From Zygnema circumcarinatum SAG 698-1b (Eukaryota; Plantae; Zygnematophyceae), in NCBI GenBank assembly GCA_037447605.1, contig CM074805.1, positions 2,203,361 to 2,267,360 of the forward strand: a stretch of 64,000 bases of DNA, written 5' to 3'. Positions 36,267 to 52,882 of the stretch are shown here, piece after piece; within the stretch, counting starts at the first letter, position 1; each line of letters opens with the position of its first letter. A program made the translations under genes and the position numbers. The notes beneath the pieces were generated by a model. That model ran no database searches. It saw only the letters and a program-made list of their open reading frames with translations, and was not told the DNA's origin.

Positions 36267-37011
36267 GCCACTTTCATGGTTCAACCTTGTCCGTTCATTG
36301 AGCAGAGTCGAAAAGTTTTCGTTTGCGGATTGCCATTGCCTTCTCCACCAAGGTCATTCATTGCCTAGAATTGGGAGACCCTTCCCACGCGCTATGATGC
36401 GCCACCAGCCTGCAACATGAAGTTGTCCAACTCCATGGTTCCAAGCTTGAAGCCCTTCAACCGTCCGCTGGGAGGGGGCCGCTTCGAGACCAGTCTCAGA
36501 TGAAAAAGTAAGAGGGTCACATCCCTTCAGGGTACAAGTCAACGGCATGACCCAATTACTGGCTGCCACGTGTGCAGTAAATCCGACGTGGAGCCACTAA
36601 AAAATTTTGGGTCCAGGAACGAATGGTATGACTACACGTGGCACATCTAGCAGTAGTTAAACGCACGAGAGGGACAGGTCGCCGCTGGAGGGCGCACCTG
36701 CGGGAAATAGGCTCGGGGACGTCTGGGAGGACGCACCGGATGCTTCAGTACCTTAATGAAGGACGCAAACCTGACGGTTGACGAGGTACCGTTCTCGCTG
36801 GGGTACAACCGGATGGTGTTGCCTTTGAGGACACCAGTAAACGAATAATAAGCGGAGTATGCTTCCAGAGGACGTGCAACGGACGGCGCCATCGCTGACT
36901 TGCTCGCTTGTAAGCGCGCCATCACTGAGAGAGCCTTTGAGAGGACGGAGAGGTGCAGGGGGAGGGTGGGAAGGAAGGGAAGGAGTGGAGGGAAGAGAGA
37001 GGAGGGGAGCC

Positions 37012-38643
37012 ATGGCTTTTCTGGACCTTGAAAAGCACTATGCTTTCTATGGGGCCTATCACAGCGAGCCGAGGAATAAGCTTATCCACATTCTCTTTGT
37101 TTGGCCAATTCTTTTTTCCGCGCTCTTGCTGCTCGACTACACTCCGGCATTGCTGCCTACTCCTTTCTCCTTTCTTCCTGGGCAGCAATATGTCGTTCTG
37201 AATGCGGCGTTCCTGGTGGCGCTGTTATACTCTATCTTCTATCTCCTTCTGGAGTTTAAGTCCGGGCTTGTTGCAACGATTCTCATTTCCGCCTGTCTTG
37301 TTGGAGCGGAGGCATTGTTTCAAGTGCTGGGCAGAGGAATGGCTTGGAAGGTAATGGAGAAACAGAACTTTTCGAGGAATGGTAGGAATGTTTTTTAGCT
37401 AACTCCTACCATCCGCCGGAGGACCAGGTGGCAATATCAGCAATACCGAAACCACTTTTTTTTAGTACTTGCAGCCCTTTGTTGTGGTGTTTAGATAAGG
37501 ATTGAGCCGATTCTTACAGTTTGCTGCTTGTTGAATTTGGTGTTCTTAATTCCCCCTTCCCCTCTCTGGCTCACTCCCCCTTCCCCTCATTCTAGCTCTC
37601 TCTCCCGTCTCCTTTTTATCTCTCTCGTCCTTGCTGTAACCCTTTCCCCTTCTTTATCACATTAGCGTGAGGAGTGGGCCTTGAGCACGTGTACTCATCC
37701 TCTGGCTCTCTCCTTGTTTTGTTTGTGGTAGAAACATGATCTTTCCTGCGGCGTCTATGTACACATACGTGTAAGGGGTAGATGCCGTGTGACATGTTTT
37801 TTTGTGTATTCTGTTTTTATGTGCAGGTTGGTCTCGGAATTCAGTTGGTTTCATGGACTTCGCAATTTATTGGCCACGGTGTTTTTGAGGTGAGCTAGAG
37901 CCGACTTTATTCTTAAGACCCCCAGCCTACTGTAATGATGAGCATGGCAAAGAAATGGGCAAGGGAAGGCCTAGTGAAATGAGGGGAGGGCGGCTGAAAT
38001 GCCGGAGAATGTGAGATCGGAGAGGAGAGGAGTCTAGAGTGGAAGGTAAGGGAGATGGATGTCATTTTGTGCTGCGCAAGGGAGAGGAAATCTCAGGGAA
38101 GAGAAGAGCGATGTAGGAGTTTAAGACAGGAGGTAAGAGGGGTGTTTAGAGGAATGGTGTTGCACCATACTGTTGACTTCTCCTACTGTGTATGCTTGCA
38201 GAAACGAGCTCCTGCATTGCTAGACAACCTCCTGCAAGCGTTTCTCATGGCACCTTACTTTGTTCTTCTTGAGGTAATCGTTGGCTTGTAATTTTTTGCT
38301 CCTTCTTTCGATTTCTGTTAAGTAACGTGCGCCACTTCCTTTTGCTAATAGCATGGACGTCTGTATTTGATGTCGTACTATCCTCGATCCTGCTATCCCT
38401 TTCTCACTCGTTCTTCCACTGAGAATGGATTTTTTTTTTTCCTTTCCCATCCTTGTTGATTATAGGTAGAACCAGTGGCAGCCGTCTGGATGCATAACTC
38501 GAGTTATTCACTTTTTTCTATTGTTCGTTTTACAGGTGCTAGACAGTGTATTCGGATACGAACCCTGCCCTGGGTTTCATCAACGGGTACAAGCTAAAGT
38601 GGTGGAGGACATTCAAGCCTTTCGAATGAAGAAGGAATTGTGA
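37012..38643 (+). CDS. DUF962/Mpo1-family ER membrane protein (2-hydroxy fatty acid dioxygenase-like)
   Basis: Exons 37012-37350, 37827-37889, 38202-38273, 38536-38643. Motifs [51 protein letters not shown], FGYEP. Confidence 0.92.
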
Positions 38644-40227
38644 GCCTCGATAAGCTCACTCTGTTCCATGAACTTGTACATATTCAATTTTGACAGCTGG
38701 AAGGACTTCACGGTATTAGGCCTTGTTAGTAGGGATAGGGTCGACTAGCAATTTCTACATCTTAGGGCAAACATTTACCGAGTTTTTTTTTTTTTTCCCG
38801 CACGATCCTCCCTCTCATGAGGAGCGACCTTAGAACTCCTTCAATACACGCAAATATGCCCAATGATGAATTTCCGCTGTCTTTGTATCGCAAATGAAGG
38901 AGCTTTGAAAAACTTGCAATCTCCTAATCTCTTGTAAAGGCTTTCGGTTGTACTGCCTTGTTTCTGTTGATTCTTGCGTTAGTCTTTTAGTCAGTTTGTA
39001 GTTTGCTCGTCAGGGGATAACTTTATAATGGGAAAAAGAAAATGAGAAATGTCAACCTCGAAAACTGTAAACAGCATAAAAAAATTGGATAATCTGTGCG
39101 ATGGCCCTTCCTGATGATGGCTGCGTGATTTGGTGGATGGGTCCAGGCTGCTGTCGTAGGCAACGAGAACCGTGACTCTTCAAGCGACTTAAACTGACAG
39201 TGGATGATCTCAGGGAAAAGGTTTCATGGCTCATTTCCTTTTTTTGTTTTTGCTTACAGCAGTGTATCATACGTTATGGAGCAGCGAGAATCTCATTTAG
39301 TACTATTGCCATGGTGTAGGCTGTGTCTTCTAAGAAACAAAAAACCGACAGCAAAAGAGAGACGAGAGCCGTCGCAGAAGGTTTTTCAGACGACTTGGTT
39401 CTTTGTGCTGATCACCAAACTGCTCCATAATCAGTTGACACAGACAACATAGCATCATGACAATAGACGAGGCCGCCTTGCAAGTCATTTTCAGAATCCA
39501 GTGCGTACACATGTTGTCGTAATGACATGACCATTGCGCATGGTCACAACATGGCGTCGTACGGTAAATACCCCTCAACTTTATCAAATGCACGAATCGA
39601 GCCCGGGGTACATGTGCCCTTTTCCCGTCATAGGTCTGTTTCAAACTTCGAGAAAATCGGTATGGAATTTGTTCACAAGGGGGTTGCGATGTATGTCGCT
39701 GCTACTACCGATTTGCGGAAAAATAAGCTTGAATTGATTTCATATCCCATGGTGAATCTTTCTGAGACTTAACAACCGCCGTCTTCATGTCTAGCTTTCT
39801 TCTCTAGATTCTTCCCGAAGTTGCAAACGCTGCCCAATTCGGTTTTTTTCTTTTTTTCTTTTTAATCCCGACAAATAACTCCTATTTAGCAAGGATCTAG
39901 TGCTGGCTTGACAAGCAGCAAACAGAAACAAAAATTGTAAGCTTCAGCTTGAAAGCGGCAGGTAGACTGGAGGGGGGGTGTCGACACAAAGAAACCTTCC
40001 CATTATTAACACGGCACTCGCTTGACGAGTGGCCCCAGCAAATATTGCTTGCTCCAACTGTTCCCACTCGACAACACGACAACAGGCCAAGTCCTTTGCT
40101 AAGGTCGTCTCGTCTATTCAAGGTGTGAATACAGTCACAAGGCCAAACTTCGCGGCTGATTCAAGCGAGGGCTTCAAGCGCTGTGAAGCCCAGGCATATC
40201 TTTCCGCTCCTAGTTTATTTATTTTGT

Positions 40228-40323
40228 CCTTGGGTCTTTTGCGACAGTCCCTCGTGATTCCCCATGCTGCTTTTGTCCACGTACAATTTGATGGCCTCGC
40301 CATCGTGAGATCAATGCCACATC
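40228..40323 (-). repeat. Dispersed repeat family X, copy 4 (inverted)
   Basis: Reverse complement reads GATGTGGCATTGATCTCACGATGGCGAGGCCATCAAATTGTACGTGGACAAAAGCAGCATGGGGAATCACGAGGGAC. Confidence 0.85.
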
Positions 40324-41305
40324 ATTTCAACTCCCATGGCTTTCAATTGAAATTTGGGAGCCCAGCGAAGCTGACACACATGAATATCGAAAAGATTTAA
40401 ACATGTTCATATGAAAATGGGCCCTAAGATTGACCGCCCCCACCCCGAAATGTAACTTGGAATTAAAAAATAAGTAAAGCTGTGCCACTAAGTAAACAGT
40501 GAAAACAAGAATACCATTCTCAAGTTCCGTGACCCCAGATATCTCCAAGAGCAGCAATTTAATGACAAACTGATTTTAGGATAAATACAACAGAAAAACA
40601 AGAATTAATTGAGACACGCCGTTGTAGGGTGGCATTCAACACTGGGTTTGCCAAATCAGTTGTTTTTCATAATTTACATTGTCACAGAAACAATCGCACT
40701 TTTTGGATTGCTTCCACCTGATCTTACCACTTCTCTCAGCGCGCCAAGTCCTTGGAATTGGCTCCACATACAGTAACATAGATTTTACCATACACATCAT
40801 GGCTAGACATGGCTAGACTACTAACATGGTTAAGGGATGGCTAAGCTAAAAGAAGGCTTCAGTCTTGTCCGTACTATTTTTCTTGACTTACAGCTCGGCA
40901 AGGCATGGCTTTTTTCGACATAACCGGTAACCATATTGCCAAGCCAGCTACGTCACAATCTTGAAGCCATCTTTTAGCCAAGCCATGCTTTTAATATAAT
41001 CTAGGTAAGTAGCCAATGACTGGTTCGACAAAGTTTGACCGCTAATATGGCCTAGATTCCCTGTATAATGCGCAAGGAGCAAAACATTCCCATCCCTGTT
41101 TATCAAGAGGAGGCCGACAAACCATAAATAGAAGCATTCACAGTGAATTTCCTTTAACTTGTTGTCTACGCCTCAATGACAGTACTGTACATCGAACATC
41201 AGCTCTCACCATGCCGTATGTCCTCATCAGCCATCCGTTCCCATGCTGGCGGATGATGCAGACGAGCTGCGAGCACAGAACAGAGCAACACAAGCACAGA
41301 AAGGT

Positions 41306-41443
41306 GGCACACTCCCTCCGCAGGTGTTACCCTGGTCAGGTTCTAAGGGACTCTCTCAGCCTGCCACATACAGCCCCAGCAACATCCTGCCACAGACTGT
41401 GGTCCGGATGTGCTGCGCTGATGCAGCAAGCACCCCTGGTGCC
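41306..41443 (-). ncRNA. TPP riboswitch aptamer in the THIC 3' UTR
   Basis: Minus strand GGCACCAGGGGUGCUUG-[long P3]-CAGGCUGAGAGAGUCCCUUAGAACCUGACCAGGGUAACACCUGCGGAGGGAGUGUGCC. All TPP core motifs present, closely resembling the land-plant THIC aptamer, ~490 nt downstream of the stop. Confidence 0.97.
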
Positions 41444-41930
41444 ATCCATGTCAGTACACAAGAAGAGCAATATGTGGCCGACCATCCCATTCAACTCATC
41501 TGCATAGCAGATGCTCCTCACGTCGCGACGCTTACAAAGATGTTCCAGACACGACCATTTGCTACTCTAGGTGGACTCAACTAAAGAAAGATCCATGCAT
41601 GCTTTTTTACACTTGTGCAGAACAGCTGTTCACTACAAGCTTGAACTGCTATCCACGCCAAGTCTCCCGAAATCGCAGGAAGTCAAGTTTGCTGCATCCG
41701 AGCCATTGAGATGCGGCACCTCCGCTCTCCACCTCCCGATTCTGCAGCGAGGAGGACAACAAGACAAGCTTAACTTCAATGAAATGTAGAGAATGCACAC
41801 ACAATAATTTGTGGAACAGCAAATCGAAACACGCCTCTTTCAAATCCACTTGCAACCATGTTAAAGTAGGAGTAGAGCTCTATCAAAAGTTGGAATTAAA
41901 GAAGCCCCCTTTACCTGACACAGACTGTCT

Positions 41931-48762
<6,832 letters not shown>

Positions 48763-48940
48763 GAAAGTTATCCAGTAGTTGTAGATATTGTGAGATAAGA
48801 GCCGTTCGTTCGTAGTTTGTTGTTTTTGTTTTTGCTTCTGAACTGTGATTTTCATCCGGAGCATGAGGTAGTCCGTTCTTGGCCCATGCTCTATACATTT
48901 CTCCGAGGTTTTTCTTGCAATCACCTGTCCTGACTTGGTT

Positions 48941-49047
48941 GGCACCAGGGGTGCTTGGAACCCGAGCTCGTGTGAGCTGTGGTGCTTCCAGGCTGAGATC
49001 ATACCCTCAAACCTGAACAGGATAATACCTGCGCAAGGGAGTGTGCC
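48941..49047 (+). ncRNA. TPP riboswitch aptamer 1 downstream of THI1
   Basis: GGCACCAGGGGUGCUUGGAA-[P3]-UUCCAGGCUGAGAUCAUACCCUCAAACCUGAACAGGAUAAUACCUGCGCAAGGGAGUGUGCC. Confidence 0.96.
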
Positions 49048-49255
49048 ATGCTGCTTCCTGCTTTCTTTTGCTGTGGTTTCAGGTGGATTGAAGCTTCCCC
49101 GTGGAAAGTCTGAGGAAACTCAGCCATCCATTTAATGAAGTTGCAGGTGGAATTTAGATCTGCCCGGAAATCCCTCTTTACTGTGCCTGCTTCATTGTCT
49201 TTTCCTTCTTTGTGAATCGGGAACATTTCTCGCTTGATGATGAATGGATGTAACG

Positions 49256-49377
49256 TTTGTGGCACTAGGGGTGCTTGTCCTGGCGGGAAGGAGTGAACTT
49301 CTTTCTGTCAGGCCAGGCTGAGATTATACCCTCATCACCTGACCAGGGTAATTCCTGCGATAGGGAAGTGCTACAAA
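49256..49377 (+). ncRNA. TPP riboswitch aptamer 2 downstream of THI1
   Basis: UUUGUGGCACUAGGGGUGCUUG-[15-bp P3 hairpin]-CAGGCUGAGAUUAUACCCUCAUCACCUGACCAGGGUAAUUCCUGCGAUAGGGAAGUGCUACAAA, with an 11-bp P1. Confidence 0.95.
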
Positions 49378-49410
49378 GTGGTTCTAACCTGGGAGTGGAT
49401 GTGCTCAAAA

Positions 49411-49528
49411 GCATCGGCACTAGGGGTGCCTTCTCTGGTGGCAGCCTGTTGGCTAAAATCAGGGAAAGCTGAGATCATACCCTCAATACCTGAACAGGAT
49501 AATGCCTGCGCAGGGAAGATGTCGATGC
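49411..49528 (+). ncRNA. TPP riboswitch aptamer 3 downstream of THI1
   Basis: GCAUCGGCACUAGGGGUGCCUUC-[P3]-GAAAGCUGAGAUCAUACCCUCAAUACCUGAACAGGAUAAUGCCUGCGCAGGGAAGAUGUCGAUGC. Confidence 0.95.
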
Positions 49529-50752
49529 TAGTTTTGTTACAGGATTTTAAGAAAGATATGGCGCCCATATTTTACATGTGTACTTCCAATGTGAGATCTA
49601 TGATTAAACCTGCAAACCTGAGATGTGTGGTGACTTGCTATGAAATCGTCTTGGGGGAAGCCACGCTTGTATACGTACACATGCATTCCTAGTTCGTTTT
49701 GGATGTGTCGATTGAACAAATGACAGAGGATTTGTTAAAATAAGACGTAGGATAATTGGTGGTGAAATTTTTCCCATGGGAAAGCGAAGGTCGGAATGAA
49801 GGTTGGAAAAGTAAAAAAGAACGGATGTGAGAAGAAAGAATGTGAACGAACATTGCAAACATCTGTACCGACTATATTAGACCGGATAACTGCACCAATC
49901 ATAAATAATCTTTGAAAAACATGTGTACGTGTAGAGATTGAACACTTGGTGGTTTGCAAACCCACTACTTAGAACTCGTAAAGCAGCCTCACTTGTTGGT
50001 TGCTTGAGTGAGAGTAACTGTCGACGTTTTTAGATGGGGAAGAGGTTTTTTTGCTCAGTTGCGTTGGAAAGTCTTCTGTAACTTGTACGTCGTTCTTAAC
50101 GTCCCGTTGAAGAAAGTTACTTGTAGGTTTCTTAATACTGAAAACCTCAACGCGTCCTGACCGCTCTGACGTGACCTGAAATCGTTCATAGCTTCTATCT
50201 CTAGTACCGAATCGAACGGAAAATGTAATCACAGCGGGAGTTGAAATTGTAACTGATGACGATCAGATGGTTGTCTTCACTCGTTTCATACTAGAAGTTT
50301 CCTACTCCCTCTCTATCTATTTTCAGGTTATAGAAAGTTTTTTATATGTTATCGTTTGAAACGAATATGATATATATATTGTTGGATTACAGTCGTGAAT
50401 CGTGAGAAAGACAGGTAGCAAATGCATCGCAATTAAATCTTCTATTACTATGGTTTGTTAAGAGAATAATTCTCTAGTAATTAGATTACGTTTACAGACT
50501 TGGAAATGAGGGGGCATGCTGCGTAATTACTCACTACTAGCTGTCTACAGCAACGATACATGATTAGAAGGGTATAAGATGAAATGATTACCGGTCAATT
50601 CACTTCACCGCAGCGTACTTCACCACCGCTATTTTCGGTACAGTTGGAATACAGTCGATCCGGCTCTTTTACGAACCCTGTTATGCCCCCCCTCTGTAGC
50701 TCTGAAATGGTTTCATGGAGAGGTGACACGCAGTTCTAGCTTATGGAGGCTA

Positions 50753-50913
50753 TAGGGTTAAACCCTAAAAACCCTAAACCCTTACACATTTCTGTGCGTA
50801 TCAAAGGAAGGTTAGGCATTCGTCTGTTAGGTGTTTAGACAATTATTAACAGTTGTGATGGCTACAGCAGACTATCTGAAAGGTTAAAGGTTAAAGGTTA
50901 AAGGTTAAAGGTT
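50753..50913. repeat. Telomere-like/telo-box motifs and (AAAGGTT)4
   Basis: TAGGGTTAAACCCTAAAAACCCTAAACCCT at 50753-50782 and AAAGGTT x4 at ~50879-50913. Confidence 0.6.
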
Positions 50914-51942
50914 TTTGTTAGAAGTGCAGTGGTGAATTGAGCGTAGAGGGCATCCCTTGAAAGGAATTTGCTTGGGTAATAAGAGAATGGCGATATTCGG
51001 AATTGTGAAGGTGGGAAAACCTCCCAACCCAGTTCAAGTCTGAGGTCGCCCTGTTGAAAAACTTAGGAACGTGAAGGGTGGGTCACGGATGTGTGGGGGT
51101 GGTCTGCAAGGTTGTTGAGGCCTGCGTAATGTTTCGTTTGGAGGCTATAGACAGGTTTGTGAAGTTGGCATTGTTGCGTTGTGTAAGGGCAATGTGAAAG
51201 TGCAGCGGACGCCTGCTCGATTTGAAGTGAAGTTACGAGTGGAAGTACAGTGTTCAACGCGCTGTAAGTTGATAGCTCTCTAGCGCCCTGCACTCCCCTT
51301 CAACACCACGCGGGTCTCTAAGTCCGTTTGCCACCCGTATTTGCTGAGTTGCTAGTCACGTTTTCGGTCGTCCTGTAACATGCGCGTTGTGCATGCTGAC
51401 TTCCAACTCCAAACTTACATTCTGATTTTGACAAGCTGACCTAGGACACTAAGACACTAACTGCTTGTTTGCATGAAAGTTATCATTTATGCTTGAAGAA
51501 TCTTGCATCGGATATAAGTAATCTAATTGATGGTTGTTTATTCTAGCTAAACCAAGGCGTTCAGTTGACAGGAAGTGTCTAATTTACAGAAATTGTTAAT
51601 AGTCGGTAACTGGTTTAAGTTGCAACTATGAATACCTTTGCTGAGTGCCACTATCCCAAAAGGGATACGCTGCAACAGCAGCAGCCGGACACAACAGCGC
51701 TCTGGCTGCAGGACTTGTTTTGTTTCAGCGCGAATTTTAAATGGAAGGTAACGGATTATTGTAGATTGTGCACGCGAAATGGCGTCGTCCCAAACTGATG
51801 AATCCGAAGGGGCTGGAAGGTCTTGCATACATGGGTTCAATATTGAAAAGCCGTCAGCATTGACAGCGATTTTTTTAGCGTAGAACTAAATATATATCCC
51901 CAGAACTGGTCCAGGTCTAGCGGTTTATGACAGGAGATTGAG

Positions 51943-51982
51943 CAAAAGGCACGAAAGCGTGCCGCCGCTTTCGTGCCTTTTG
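51943..51982. other. Perfect 17-bp inverted repeat (hairpin) with 6-nt loop
   Basis: CAAAAGGCACGAAAGCG-TGCCGC-CGCTTTCGTGCCTTTTG. Confidence 0.9.
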
Positions 51983-52882
51983 AATATGGCGTGGTATAGG
52001 GAAGAAGGGCCCCTCATCAATGAAATGGTATGGCTTTTATGACTTTTATGTCTCACGGTTGTATGTGTTGGTCGTAGTTGAATGTCCACCTTGGAATTCT
52101 ATTGGGAGGTAGTCACAAGACAGTTGTTGAATTTTCCGAAGGATGTCTCCAGTCTGACAGTGGTTGGAGCGACTTGGATATGGCATCTCTACCCATGGTG
52201 AGTGAAGACTCGTGAAAGCGCACCTACATCTCAGGTAACTAGATTGTCTCGTCAAAAAACGATTGCATTCATTTCATTCTTAAGATTACCAACACAGTTA
52301 TTTTTTTCCTTTCCACCATTTGTTAGCTATCTAAACGTATCATTTACTGAAATAGGAGGTAGTGATCGTGCGTGTTTCTCATTGAACAGCCCTCGGCCCA
52401 CACTAGGCTTCCCTCTCCCTCTCCTTCTCTCTCCCTCTCCCTCTACGCTAGGCGTTCCCCACCCCGCCCCACTTTCCGAAATAGTCCATGTCGACATGAG
52501 CAGCACCACTTCCGTCGGCTTTGCAAGCGCTGCCTCTCTCTTGCCCAAGCACGGAAAGTCTCGAATGGCCGCCGTCCCATGTCGAGTCCGTCAAACACAT
52601 GCCATCCGAACATGCTCGGCCGAATCGACGCATGACGTGGCACCCTCGTCGCCACGTAGCCCTAATCGCGCCCGCCCGAGCTCGCGTAGGCCACTGGAGT
52701 TAGGAGATGCCCGGCCATGGCGGAGGCTGCCGCCCGGGCTGCAGCCTGTATGTGTTACCTAGGCGTATGCGGGGAGACGCCACGTGGAGAGCCTCCTAAT
52801 GTCTCGGTAGCCATGTCCTACGTTAGCAGCCGAGTAAAGGAAATAATACTCGGTAGCAGGGGCGCCATGGCACCTTCACAGG

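Noticed and set aside
40715-40745. Possible second THIC aptamer (minus-strand GCTGAGAGAAG)
   Set aside because: Lacks the CCC, ACCUGA and P5 elements.
49600-49640. Possible fourth THI1 aptamer (ACCTG..CCTGAGAT)
   Set aside because: No GGGG P2, no CCC after UGAGA and no P5/L5; motifs are in the wrong order.
50650-50680. TA-CAGTCG... pogo/Tigger-like left end
   Set aside because: No convincing partner TIR found; only weak similarity near 51833.
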